Assembly (NCBI GenBank): GCA_965235115.1
Contig: OZ249436.1
Location: forward strand, 18,850,001-18,914,000
Origin: Laetmonice hystrix
Lineage: Eukaryota
Direction of reading: 5' to 3'
Length of the DNA stretch: 64,000 nucleotides
The translations under genes and the position numbers were made by a program. The notes under the pieces are model-generated. The model ran no database searches. It was not told the DNA's origin and saw nothing but the letters and a program-made list of their open reading frames with translations. Below are positions 50,101 to 57,745 of this stretch, piece by piece (position 1 is the stretch's first letter; every line of letters starts with the position of its first letter).

Positions 50101-53100
50101 CAGGTTATTCAGTAGATGTGTCTGACCTCAGGTTATTCAGTAGATGTGTCTGACCTCAGGTTATTCACTAGATGTGTCTGACCTCAGGTTATTCACTAGA
50201 TGTGTCTGACCTCAGGTTATTCACTAGATGTGGCTGACCTCAGGTTATTCGATGTGTCTGACCTCAGGTTATTCACTAGATGTGGCTGACCTCAGGTTAT
50301 TCTATTCACTAGATGTGTCTGACCTCAGGTTATTCTATTCACTAGATGTGTCTGACCTCAGGTTATTCACTAGATGTGGCTGACCTCAGGTTATTCTATT
50401 CACTAGATGTGTCTGACCTCAGGTTATTCACTAGATGTGTCTGAACTCAGGTTATTCACTAGATGTGGCTGACCTCAGGTTATTCACTAGATGTGGCTGA
50501 CCTCAGGTTATTCACTAGATGTGTCTGACCTCAGGTTATTCACTCGATGTGTCTGACCTCAGGTTATTCACTAGTTGTGGCTGACCTCAGGTTATTCTAT
50601 TCACTAGATGTGGCTGACCTCAGGTTATTCACTAGATGTGGCTGACCTCAGGTTATTCACTAGATGTGTCTGAACTCAGGTTATTCACTAAATGTGGTGA
50701 AACTCTAGTCCTACAATCTGAGGTTTTGGGGGAACATGTTCTTATACTTACCTTCCTTGACATCAAATGTTCCTACTTTGAAGTCTGATCTGTACAATGT
50801 GGTTGGGGCCTTGAACATTGCTTCATAATTTGGTCCAATCCTTTCCAATTCCTTTTGTAGAAAGACATTATACAATTCAGCCACTTGGTAGACATTTCAG
50901 AATTTTCTGCGATGACTGCCACAATAACTGGAATGTTATTTCTATCACTGTGCTCCGTTTACTGTGCCCGACGGAAATAGTCTAGAGTTGGTAGCTGTTC
51001 ACACACAATGAATAGAACAAGGTCTATCTACTGGTCATTAGTTCCTCAGTGCCAATGCCTTATATTGATTATTCAAAATGCCTCTTGTTTTCAACTCAAT
51101 GTCTTACCGTATTAAAAAGGGCAAATTTCACATCTGTTGGGTCCTCTTCATTGCAAATAAAAGTGTCAATCTCTTTCACCTGAAAAAAAGTGACTTGGTC
51201 AACTGCATTAACATCCATGTACTTTGTTTTGGATATGACATTTTACAAACAATCCATGAAGAATTAATGTGCAGAATTCGGTGATTACTATCAGTGATTA
51301 CGAGAAGTAAAAATAAACTTACCATGGTTTTGACGATGGTTGTGTGCCAGGTTAACTTTATACGGCGAGGGGTCGTTGTCAGGCATTCCCAATTCTTTTC
51401 AATATATGGAATTATCTCCTACATTGGGGGAAGGAATCAAATGTTTCAGAATTGTGATTCCTTTTTTTTTTAGCCAAAGGGAAAATGGCAACATAGCAAC
51501 TTTTACAGAGAAACATTTATTCAAGATATACTGTACTTGTGCAACTGACAACTTCCAGTTGAAGTCTACAGCTATTTCTTTGGGAGATAAATGACAAGTT
51601 ACTTACTCGGTCTTTAGAGAAATAGGTTTGATCAGGATTCTGACTCAGCAAGTTAGCAAGGGTTGTTTGACACATCTGGCCAAAAGCTGCAAAAAACAGT
51701 TCACCAAGTAGGTTATGCAGTAAAGCAAGGACCCAATTTAATTTCATTTTACTTTTGAAGAAATAATTACAAAGTTTTTAGTAAATAACTTTTCATGCAG
51801 ATAATCAATCAGACATCTTGACAGACAGTGTATTTTAAGAGAACAAATGGACACTAGACAGCCTATTTCTACAAGATACATTTTTTCAAGATATTGAAGA
51901 TATGCTGTATTCTGAAAATGTAGCTACAACATCACATAATTTCTGAGATGAAATTTGGGGAATTTCACAAAACCCATCAATTTCTGAGATGGCACAAAGA
52001 ACATGATCATAATAAATCAGTGTAAGAAAATACTCACTGGCTTGTTTTTTGTTAAAACTTTCAATCCCAGACATGTTGCATCGTTTACAAAAGAACTGAT
52101 AATTCATCATAAATGGCACAATTTTTCTGAAAAAAACAAATTTCAATGCATTTAATTACCTGACTTGTCGAGAACATGCATGTCTAAATTCTTATGCTGA
52201 TTTGATATTTTATTAAATTGAATATCAAGCAGTCTTGAAATGATAACTTTCCTTCTATATAAGAAAAGGGCATTTCCGTAGAAGGGAGCCGGGCATATTT
52301 TCAATGAGACATAAGGTGTTATCCATTTTAGGATTTTGGATTTTAAAATAACTGTTGTGTGCATGTCTTAAGACATTTGGAGTTACACATATATCAATAC
52401 TAGCTGTTTCATAAACAGAGAGAAATTCATAACATTACCTACCCTAAGTAGCAACTGACACATTCAGCATGAAAGAATTTGAAACAAATTCCACAGAGCA
52501 GTTCCAATGTGCCAACTCGCCGAGGCACGCCACTGTGTATAAATAAAGGGGGGCATCAAAATATAATAGGGGCTACTTTTTTCAAATACTGCCTCTTGAA
52601 AGAGTTTTGTTAGAACTTCCGATTCCCTACAAAAGCAGATTATTGTATATATATATATGCAAGGTTTTCTAACAAATTGCATTAATAAATATTTTACAAA
52701 GGTGCTAAAATATATTGCACTTTTTTTAATCTTTAAATAACAACATGTATAAAAACATGGATTTCAAAGGTAGTGTCTAATGTAGAATATATATCCTTAC
52801 CAATAACAACCATTCTCTTCAATATCTTTTTCTGAACATTCACTCTCAATGATCACTTTTGGTTTCTCCAAAACATCCACTTTTACTTCCTGTTGCTCTG
52901 GTTCTGGCTCAACTTTTGGGGGCTCCTGAACAACTGCTAAGGGAGCAGGTTCCTCTTCTTTGGTCGCAGCATCTTCAGTAGGTTCATCCACTTCCATCTT
53001 TGACTCGGCTGACTCCTGAGAGGATGGAGCAGTGTCTGGTGTTGGTACCGGATCACTTTCATTTTTATCTGATTCATCCATAACTGCCTCTTTCGGGGGG

Positions 53101-53115
53101 TCTGATGCTGGTTCC
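3886..53115 (-). CDS. ASH2L: ASH2L, Set1/MLL COMPASS histone H3K4 methyltransferase complex subunit (16 coding exons traced; first exon not located)
   Basis: Manually spliced exons have GT-AG ends and consistent phases, 1861 nt in total. The translation shows an atypical PHD ([12 protein letters not shown]...[13 protein letters not shown]), winged helix ([20 protein letters not shown]), [24 protein letters not shown] ([15 protein letters not shown]...[15 protein letters not shown]) and a C-terminal DPY30-binding motif ([13 protein letters not shown]). Confidence 0.97.
4187..4461. repeat. Minisatellite, 35-bp unit
   Basis: CTATTTAATGAAGGTTTAGGGTCATGTCGAGAGGG, 7-8 near-perfect copies. Confidence 0.95.
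4631..4690 (-). CDS. ASH2L: ASH2L exon ([20 protein letters not shown])
   Basis: tgtccag / gtaaga, phase 0-0; NFGP end of SPRY. Confidence 0.95.
4838..5475. repeat. Tandem repeat of about 60 bp with CCCTAA-like motifs, interrupted by a MITE
   Basis: CCTAGTCCTGGTACATAGACCTCCCC...CCCTAACCC units resume after 5423. Confidence 0.8.
5131..5423. mobile_element. Foldback MITE
   Basis: Long TIRs CCCCGGTTTCAGAAAGGCTCTAAGCAGCAAGCT... / ...AGCTTGCTGCTTAGAGCCTTTCTGAAACTGGGG. Confidence 0.85.
5550..5648 (-). CDS. ASH2L: ASH2L exon ([33 protein letters not shown])
   Basis: tttcag / gtcagt, phase 0-0; SPRY. Confidence 0.95.
5838..6127. mobile_element. hAT-like MITE
   Basis: TIR CAGGGTTCCCACG / CGTGGGAACCATG; internal TTCCATGACT repeats; no clear TSD. 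Confidence 0.65.
6197..6289 (-). CDS. ASH2L: ASH2L exon ([31 protein letters not shown])
   Basis: ttttcag / gtaaga, phase 0-0; KFKSxLYFEEKD is characteristic of ASH2. Confidence 0.95.
8310..9460. repeat. Complex minisatellite (about 36-bp core with higher-order structure)
   Basis: CACTCACAACATCCCGGATACAGGAGGCCACTCTCC variants. Confidence 0.93.
10690..11052. repeat. Minisatellite, 21-bp unit
   Basis: AACCCCCAATACAGACTGACC. Confidence 0.93.
12245..13732. repeat. Minisatellite, 30-bp unit, about 49 copies
   Basis: CCCCGGCTCCGTCAGAAACATGCACTCAGA variants. Confidence 0.96.
14130..14439. mobile_element. hAT-like MITE with 5-bp TSD
   Basis: CAGGGTTC...GAACCCTG ends, TCTAG on both sides, internal TTCCAGGC repeats. 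Confidence 0.75.
15715..16059. mobile_element. Inverted-repeat element (putative MITE)
   Basis: About 44-bp inverted repeats CCGGTGTCGCGGTCTGTTTTCTCCG... / ...CGGAGAAAACAGACCGCGACACCGG. Confidence 0.6.
16580..16765. mobile_element. Small MITE, Harbinger-like
   Basis: GCCCCGTTTACATTACC / GGCAGTGTAAACGTGTC ends; internal CTCGGTCCGGACCGAG palindromes. Confidence 0.5.
17215..17425. repeat. Tandem repeat, about 70-85 bp, 3 copies
   Basis: GCATGGGACGGCCTGAC...GGACCAGGCTGAGG repeated. Confidence 0.8.
18772..18927. mobile_element. PIF/Harbinger (Tourist-like) MITE
   Basis: TIR GGGGCCGTTCAAAAATTAC / GTAATTTTTGAACGGCCCC with TTA TSD on both sides. Confidence 0.85.
18932..19262. mobile_element. Kolobok-like MITE
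   Basis: TIR AGGTGCTATTCGT / ACGAATAGCACCT flanked by TTAA. Confidence 0.8.
20955..21522. repeat. Minisatellite, about 57-bp unit
   Basis: ATATTCTTAATGGTCACTGACAGCATATGTAGACATGGTCATTGAGACCTACATATT. Confidence 0.92.
21712..22457. repeat. Tandem repeat, about 111-bp unit
   Basis: GGCCCATGGCGACCCACTATTCCTAGTAGTAGCAAGCCCC...ACAGAGTGCT, 6-7 copies. Confidence 0.93.
25558..26907 (+). CDS. Nested single-ORF gene: mucin-like type I membrane protein (uncharacterised)
   Basis: 449-codon non-repetitive ORF. It has a hydrophobic signal-like segment ([21 protein letters not shown]), a Ser/Thr/Pro-rich ectodomain with a poly-Thr run, a TM helix [21 protein letters not shown], juxtamembrane RCCCKK and C-terminal TSYV. 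Confidence 0.8.
   Translation: MTRIPPALTMSPCNHSGVTSKIIRLVAMAITCILLPVSFSRAASIATSEDVNTGSDVTQAVLDYRHHGNHDNAASSPASVTTNVGRFHITWHQYIGPGSGPAPSTAPSGVTTGAPSSGDDITTDPDLGPIDVVHSIQVAAPAAVLGPPSLDHQTTTTTTTTATTTQTDAAPPTSPVDLPGQVRHFPWSAVPSVAGWNPYPDVNQPTFPNSLYQLDPDTTVRQWDKDNDVVTSEFDGLNNVLVTLGLGDEITEGYGVSSPPPEENEPPGSDQETYPPDDGSSYHRPDHDPATRSLTTMLYVVESSEQQSTPKSVLSSVQHDLSGKLQFQLKDIILAVCGTVACVFTICMLVTFTRCCCKKQKDESDEEQQPRSQHRSIWRRSWKRPVDSAASTTQTQESSTSENVTQVTIERHGDLESGDDEDTGGFTTGKVHKDSTRSGCVNSYVTSYV
28155..28680. repeat. Pyrimidine-rich minisatellite, 56-bp unit
   Basis: CACATCGCTACCTCTTCATCACCATCTCAATACTTCCTCTGTCCCATTCTCTCTCA. Confidence 0.93.
31365..31830. repeat. Minisatellite, 49-bp unit with paired E-boxes
   Basis: ACACCTGCCTGGAGAGTGTCAGGTGTACACTCCTCACTCGGAGGTCCTT. 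Confidence 0.92.
32440..32885. repeat. Minisatellite, about 33-bp unit
   Basis: ACACCAGACAAGTGGAACTTGTGCCTTGAATA variants. Confidence 0.88.
33199..33422 (+). CDS. Nested gene exon ([10 protein letters not shown]...[13 protein letters not shown]...[15 protein letters not shown])
   Basis: cctccag / gtaagt, phase 1-0. Confidence 0.78.
33199..43722 (+). CDS. Nested multi-exon gene, large Ser/Pro/charged disordered protein (uncharacterised)
   Basis: Phase-consistent GT-AG exons 33199-33422, 33923-34083, 34899-34989, 35357-35431, 35748-36823, 37012-37074, 39357-39412, 41257-41306 and 41530-43722 (stop TAA, ends KPTEV). AATAAA at 44092 and 44329. Confidence 0.8.
33654..33721. repeat. Perfect hairpin (28-bp stem, 12-nt loop) inside a larger imperfect palindrome
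   Basis: TTCAGTGAGTGTGAACACACCTGAAGCT-12 nt-AGCTTCAGGTGTGTTCACACTCACTGAA. Confidence 0.9.
33923..34083 (+). CDS. Nested gene exon ([20 protein letters not shown]...TPTSS)
   Basis: gttacag / gtgaga, phase 0-2. Confidence 0.72.
34899..34989 (+). CDS. Nested gene exon ([30 protein letters not shown])
   Basis: tttcag / gtaagt, phase 2-0. Confidence 0.78.
34981..35064 (+). repeat. 28-bp triplication of an exon end and splice donor
   Basis: CTCAAGTCG|GTAAGTTACCGGAGTTTTA x3; the middle copy has GC instead of GT. Confidence 0.9.
35357..35431 (+). CDS. Nested gene exon ([25 protein letters not shown])
   Basis: Long pyrimidine tract + tttcag / gtggga, phase 0-0. Confidence 0.75.
35748..36823 (+). 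CDS. Nested gene large exon ([12 protein letters not shown]...TDRHKL)
   Basis: tttgcag / gtatgg, phase 0-2; 358 open codons, SP-rich. Confidence 0.82.
37012..37074 (+). CDS. Nested gene exon ([20 protein letters not shown])
   Basis: ctcacag / gtaagt, phase 2-2. Confidence 0.7.
38700..39200. repeat. C-rich minisatellite, about 42-bp unit
   Basis: CCCACCTTGACCTGACGCCCCACCCCCACCCTGTCCAGGACG. Confidence 0.9.
39357..39412 (+). CDS. Nested gene exon ([18 protein letters not shown])
   Basis: ttgtag / gttgga, phase 2-1; needed to keep the frame into the next exon. Confidence 0.55.
40330..41200. repeat. Minisatellite, 33-bp unit
   Basis: TCACACCAGCCTGAAACACTTACAACACCACCA. Confidence 0.95.
41257..41306 (+). 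CDS. Nested gene exon ([16 protein letters not shown])
   Basis: tttcag / gtaagt, phase 1-0. Confidence 0.68.
41530..43722 (+). CDS. Nested gene terminal exon (EAPPRPPPP...[12 protein letters not shown])
   Basis: ctgtag acceptor, 731 codons in the frame of ORF 41857..43722; includes a 17-aa internal repeat. Confidence 0.82.
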   Translation, partial: EAPPRPPPPCWRQAGVTLLQPDAWPRPRHNTPTSSADAHHHHSPPTTPPHQHHYTRRLTHDQHHYGGRDPSPGGTPHRYTKDPLFPALHSYDADLSWRRPGQADHNRHLVADKEINKMSPPSVRDDTESVLVSSSYSDFPQASQFLRPASYRHSKETSPFKDSDTVDGIKDSVIRNKRYYSTAVKMEASNPELIAQQNKPFPLLTPPLVVKTVEPNSPDGHISETHAVWEKSKELQPPTEKRYLPESVTENRTGLTASWRDFKSKQFPGQEPDQSLPGGREDGINRNKTRTANYNQTVRQPEGRLLNISQSAQPLHFHGPDWAPRTKHHTHWRPSSPIETTQGQELWETSTAQSVQGHRSRSHTSWKDSAPRSPLEYKKHPWTVSGPEQGRTGGCQRSAGDLHVKDVDTPGPRRSAVDLHGPDGSTPGPRRSVVDLHGPDGSTPGPQRSAVDLHGPDGGTSAGPQILARLTHGPLLFKPEQRPSTELSGEQSFPGHSALYKLTRDSRQTDTECETRDPQDHPYHQSGEEPSKLVHLPDRRLQASLQDKEVQNLPFSNQSKQGHQTKVHFDDPNDYSQHPAIKGGEPGNSPLSHMQWDNYNKQPQYPNRQRFLTHTSIVHPSDLLEDELAVRWHGLRRSQPPVPRDSVPSEQGIESNVTTTHPKPLQHPHLKPVRQYPLEESSRADRSDDADNHQTSDDSVDRGLPWKDLPGGHHQEHVFRFNFDTKPTEV
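45460..45665. repeat. Minisatellite, 24-bp unit
   Basis: TCCAACCAAAGTTTATCTTCCTGA. Confidence 0.88.
47062..47258 (-). CDS. ASH2L: ASH2L exon ([31 protein letters not shown]...LPKTSKDK)
   Basis: ctcacag / gtcagt, phase 1-0; SPRY core. Confidence 0.96.
47923..48012 (-). CDS. ASH2L: ASH2L exon ([29 protein letters not shown])
   Basis: ccctcag / gtaggc, phase 1-1. Confidence 0.95.
48181..48971 (-). repeat. 33-bp minisatellite built from the ASH2L exon end and 5' splice site, 24 units
   Basis: Minus-strand unit ATGGTGCGAGCGACACATG|GTGAGTTTAGGGTC. Confidence 0.96.
48953..49033 (-). CDS. ASH2L: ASH2L exon ([26 protein letters not shown])
   Basis: actttag / gtgagt, phase 1-1; its 3' end is the first unit of the 33-bp array. 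Confidence 0.94.
49381..49595 (-). CDS. ASH2L: ASH2L exon ([35 protein letters not shown]...ALHDR)
   Basis: ttcctag / gtctgg, phase 2-1. Confidence 0.95.
49870..49957 (-). CDS. ASH2L: ASH2L exon ([28 protein letters not shown]), basic NLS-like
   Basis: attctag / gtgagt, phase 1-2. Confidence 0.88.
50098..50697. repeat. Minisatellite, 28-bp unit
   Basis: CTCAGGTTATTCACTAGATGTGTCTGAC. Confidence 0.94.
50752..50851 (-). CDS. ASH2L: ASH2L exon ([33 protein letters not shown])
   Basis: Weak aaag acceptor / gtaagt, phase 0-1; IGPxY motif. Confidence 0.85.
51108..51179 (-). CDS. ASH2L: ASH2L exon ([24 protein letters not shown])
   Basis: tttttcag / gtaaga, phase 0-0. Confidence 0.9.
51323..51418 (-). 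CDS. ASH2L: ASH2L exon ([32 protein letters not shown])
   Basis: atgtag / gtaagt, phase 0-0; winged helix. Confidence 0.95.
51607..51686 (-). CDS. ASH2L: ASH2L exon ([26 protein letters not shown])
   Basis: tttgcag / gtaagt, phase 1-0. Confidence 0.94.
52038..52126 (-). CDS. ASH2L: ASH2L exon ([29 protein letters not shown])
   Basis: ttttcag / gtgagt, phase 2-1; PHD-like. Confidence 0.95.
52443..52532 (-). CDS. ASH2L: ASH2L exon ([29 protein letters not shown])
   Basis: tacacag / gtaggt, phase 2-2; PHD-like. Confidence 0.94.
52801..53115 (-). CDS. ASH2L: ASH2L acidic N-terminal exon ([17 protein letters not shown]...EENGCYC)
   Basis: ttacag / gtaagg; open acidic frame joining in phase to the PHD exon; internal ATG at 53081. 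Confidence 0.88.
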
Positions 53116-53654
53116 CTGTAATGTAAACACAAACACTATCTTTGAAAGTTCTATCTACCTGGGAGTTGGAAGGATTAACTATAGGGAACAGTGCAGTGTT
53201 CTCCACAAGACGAAAATTCACAGCGGTGGTGAGCCGGGGGTCTGGGGGCCACATGCCCCCAGCGGGGTCCAGGGGCAGTGCCCTTGCAGGGGTCCAGGAG
53301 GCAGAGCCCCTGGGAGATCCTGGATTATAAGGATTTGGGGGGGGGGGGGGGGTAAAAGATTCACAAAGTCATCCTCAGCAGCTCAATTACGGTAAAACAT
53401 CAGTTGATTAGGTAAATAAATTATAGCACAGCATACCGGCGGCCACCTTGGGCACTCAGTACACCGGCAGGAGACAAAAGTACTTTGTATGTGTGGAGAA
53501 CGCAGGGAGATATAGTCTAGCATTCTGATGGTCAGAGCGTCCGGCAAGCCAATGCATCCAACAGATAGACAGAGGACCTGGGGGGGGGGGGGGGGGGGGG
53601 TTTGTAAAAGTGTCTGGGGCACTGCGACACCGGACCCTTTGACTACTGCAATGG

Positions 53655-53931
53655 ATGCTTTAACCATCTGTTGATTTCCACTGTGACGTCACAATATCAA
53701 CACATGCTTATTCCAAAGTCTACTGTGACATGACAATATTACCATGGTCGTCATAAGACGACAAAAGGCGTTGCTAAGTGACCTGTCACTCCCGGCGCTG
53801 ACGTTTTCTCTATTCTTTGGCCTGACTTGGCGGACACCTGTATCATTATCAATGACTACGGAAAGCTGAAACAAAACTGTAGTAGCTAGCCTAACATAGA
53901 TAAAACTGCGCTCGCCCTTGGGTAGCACCTA
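53655..53931 (-). mobile_element. Dispersed repeat, copy A (inverted relative to copies B and C)
   Basis: Reverse complement begins TAGGTGCTACCCAAGGGCGAGCGCAGTTTTATCT, as at 54079 and 61558. Confidence 0.7.
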
Positions 53932-54187
53932 CGTCATATTAGCGTTGTATTCATTGTTGTAAGCCAGGCTTTTACTTTGACGTACCTCCGTACTTGGTAA
54001 TTAGTTCCCGATTATACCACAAGAGGCACAAGCCAAGAAGAACCAGCCCTACCTAGGTACCTAGCATAAAATATGACTTAGGTGCTACCCAGGGGCGAGC
54101 GCAGTTTTATCTGCTTTGTTTTAGCTTTCCATAGTAATGATACAGCCTATAAAACGCAGGTTTGATCGAGTTACCGGGAGTGATATA

Positions 54188-54763
54188 TTATAGGAATAGT
54201 GAACGTTTAGGATGCGTTGGCGGTGACATAGGGCACGACGGCCGAGGAGGCCCAGGGTGGCGCAGCCAGCCGGGGGCCTCCAAGGCCGATTGCCCTATCT
54301 CACCGCCAACGCATCCTAAACGTTCACTTTTCCTGTTATGAAATGGCCCCACATTAGCAAACAAGAATTTAGACTAATAACAATAATTGTTACCGTTTAC
54401 CATCCATAGGCCTACCATACCATCGTCACCTACTTCCGAAATGTGAGGCATGAATGACCTAATTGCCCACTGCAAGACCCTTCCTTTTTAGTTAATGCCA
54501 AAACGTCACAATTGTTACAATTAAACGTCACAATTGTGACGTCACTGATGACGTTGTTTTCACTTTGTTTAGTCATGGAGCGACACAATGGTATTATCCA
54601 TTGTCAAGTCTCCGTTCGATTCCGTGATCTATCAGTAGGATAGATCACGTTACTATGGTGAAATGTAATTACGTATGCTCGGCCGGTTTCCGTACGCTGG
54701 CCGGAACATGTGTTTTCGTTTGTGACGTTGCGGGACCGGATAGTGCACGCCAGCCATTTTATA
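54188..54763. mobile_element. Insertion with TTATA ends and a long internal hairpin (Crypton-like, tentative)
   Basis: Absent from copy C; hairpin 54192-54334 (AGTGAACGTTTAGGATGCGTTGGCGGTGA.../...TCACCGCCAACGCATCCTAAACGTTCACT). Confidence 0.55.
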
Positions 54764-55051
54764 ACACTTAGTAACGCCATCCTAGACGACCATGGTGATA
54801 TTGTGACATCGCAGTAGACTTTGGAAAAAACATAGATATTGTGACGTTACAATGGAAGTCAACAGATCGGGTTCTAAATCTACGGTCTGGCAGGCTGCAT
54901 TTTTCGCCGTTTTCACTTCGGTCAAGCGGCTGTAAACGGGAGTGATTGGCCGTTCAGTGATGGCCGATTCCTAATGCCCGACACCCGAGCAAGTTGATTA
55001 CATGGTGGGACGAGTCCAACAGACCAAAGACAAGAGCCCGATGGCTAGTGC

Positions 55052-55625
55052 TCTGGGAGGCCTTTCACTAACGTTGATTTTCGCCAATATCATCAACTTT
55101 CGCCACCATCGTCGCCAATCTGGCGATATAGGGAACGGGAGGTGTTTCACTAAGAATTCTCGCCAAATATTCTTGCCAAATCGGCGATTTTGCCGGCGAA
55201 ACGTCGGAGCACGTCCCACCATCCCCAAACGTGATCAAAATCCTACTTGCATACAGAAACCTTCACTCTTTTACACGGCTGCATTCTTGAAATGATTAAT
55301 CAAGTGCATTTCGTGCAAGGAATAACCTAACAAACCTGTAGTTGTTTAATTTCACGGGTGTAGAATTTCAAAGTTTTGACCCGAGTTTGTTTACGTGCGC
55401 CATTTTGACGTCAGTGTTTGTCACCCACAATGAGGCTCTGTGGCAGCGAGGACTTTTAGACAAGCGGGAATGGCAAAATAGATGCATAATTGTGACGTTG
55501 GCTGGCAACGGTGGCAACGGTGTTAGTGAAACAGTCTGACGGAATCGTCGCCATGGTCGCCAGATTTGGCGAGAATTATATTCCCTAAAATTAGCGATCG
55601 CCAATCTTAGTGAAACGGGCCCCAG
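55052..55625. mobile_element. Harbinger-like MITE
   Basis: CTGGGAGGCCTTTCACTAA / TTAGTGAAACGGGCCCAG ends; internal TCGCCA/TGGCGA motifs. Confidence 0.6.
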
Positions 55626-56302
55626 ACCCAACAGACTCAATAACAAGTATAGAGGACATGTGGATGTCACAGCCGGGCAAGTGGAATTTTGTAGTCCACT
55701 TGTCCTGTGGCAAGTGTTTAATTCGAAAAATTGGCCACCCCTGCCGTTACGTTTCTGACAGGCAATTTCACGTGAAGAGTAGGTAGAATCCAAGGGAAAA
55801 GTTACTAAATGTTTGGAATCTGTTTATAGAAGTGGCAGATAAGGAAGTGGTTTGTAGATTTCCATGCATTTGGGAAATTTGAATTTCGATGCAGTGCAAT
55901 TTAAGCGAATCAGATTGCTCCGATTTTGCCGGCACCGTAATAAAAGCAAAACCTCCACGGATTTCCACATCCGATCGATGCACCATAATGCGGTTCCTAA
56001 GGTACAGAGCTCGCTTCGCGAGCCGCATTGCGGCTCGCTGCGCTCGCTATAACTATAAGTCAGTCAGAAAATCGGACAGACCTCTGCTTGGGAGAATAGG
56101 GTCACTCCAGAGGAAGTTGGCTAGGCGCGCAAAGTTTTAACTAATCTTATAGGTAGGCGCTCAGTCTTTTGCACGCCTTGGAACAATTTTTAGGTGCGCT
56201 ATGGCACGCAAGTGCAATTGCGCACCTCAAAAGACAAGCCCAGCCCTGCTTAGTTATGCACCCAATCGCAAGCAGCAGGGCTCTGCCACACACGGCAGCA
56301 GG

Positions 56303-57690
56303 TAGCGATGGCAATGCTCGCTAGGTGTCGCGCACAACCCAAAATGTCGGAACTCAGAATTCCTGACCCAGAAAGACACCCGGCCAATTACGGCCGATTG
56401 TGATGAAATATTAGGCTGAATGGACTAAAAAACTAAGGGGATCGAAGGAGAAATGAATATAATTTGAGTAAATACGCATGTCAAACGTTCTGCCCTGGAA
56501 ACACGTGCTGGTAAATGATTTTGAAGTATTCGACGCCAGGTACTTTATCGTTATAAGTAATATACGCTCCTTTTACATAGATCAGAGGGCAATATTGGAT
56601 GTCTAGTTTTAGCAGGAAGTATCGTTTTGGAAGTAAATTGACGTATTCAACATTTAAATGTCAGGCAAAGACATCGTGTCCGTCCCGCCAAGTTGAAGAG
56701 TGTCATGGCTGCCCCCATGAAATTCTCTATTATCGCTCATACTCAGGGGCCTTCGATTCGGTATTTGCCCCGGTCGATTCACCCCACTCGAAAAGACGAT
56801 TCGCCCCACTGGTAGAAGACTATTCAGCCCACTCGGAAAGCCATTTCGCCCCAGTCCAGACTGGGTCGGCGGGGAGCAAGCCGCTAACTCCCGGCTGTAC
56901 TGTGTAGGCGGGTTCGCGTAGCCCGCAACCGGGGCGGGAGCGACCGGGCTCCCGACCTTCACGGCCCCGCCGCAGGCAGCCGGCCTGCCCGCCTGGCCTG
57001 CCCCTGTCCCACTCCGCCGGGCCAACGCAGGCTCCGCCTCCGACCCTGACGCCCAGCCCCATCGAACGGGTGCCGGGACGTCCCGGCCCGGCCCGCTCCT
57101 CCCCTCCCCGGGCTGGTCAGTGGTGGGAGTTTAGCTTGCCTGCCTATAACAACTGTAAGGTCCCCTAGCCCTAGGCCTAAAAATATGTTCATCAGATTGT
57201 AACATCTGAGCAAATTCTTGCTTCTATTATTCTAATTCCTGAAAAAGTTTTTTTTAAAGCAATTTATTAACAAAGATTGGCTTATCTGTTGCTATAATGT
57301 ATAAAAATGTATGAAAAGAGTGTTCGGGCGCCGTTTTTCGATGGAGAGTACCCTATTTCTACAGTTATTGTGATGACACTGATATGGTATTTATAATTTT
57401 TTGGTTTTTCATTACCATGTACATGTCCCAGTGAATCATCTTAATATAAATTTGGCCATAATAAAAGCATTTTTTACCTTGAAAATTGATTGGGTCACTT
57501 TTTTTCCGTTTTTGAAAAAAATGCTCATTTTAAAGTCCAATTCTTGAGAGAGAAAAACGTGTGTATCTCATTTAATATTTGGGCTAGGGACAAAATTCAA
57601 AATGATTTTTCATATTAACATCATGGTGAATAAAATGACATCTTTAAAAAAATTATTTTTGTGACGTTTCAAAATGGCTTGCCATGGCTA
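56303..57690 (+). mobile_element. Non-autonomous DNA transposon (hAT-like), copy 1, 7-bp TSD CAGCAGG
   Basis: TIRs TAGCGATGGCAA / TTGCCATGGCTA; CAGCAGG at 56296-56302 and 57691-57697. Confidence 0.9.
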
Positions 57691-57745
57691 CAGCAGGGCT
57701 GGGGGTGGGGATGTAGTGATCCAGTGTGAATTGATGCGCTAGTAT

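Larger units (their letters stand above)
54078..56055 (+). mobile_element. Dispersed repeat, copy B, carrying secondary insertions
   Basis: Blocks 54078-54187, 54765-54960 and 55765-56055 are colinear with 61558-62612. Confidence 0.7.

Noticed and set aside
1670..50697. Regular repeat arrays as possible CRISPR arrays
   Set aside because: Units are contiguous with no unique spacers, there are no cas genes, and the context is eukaryotic.
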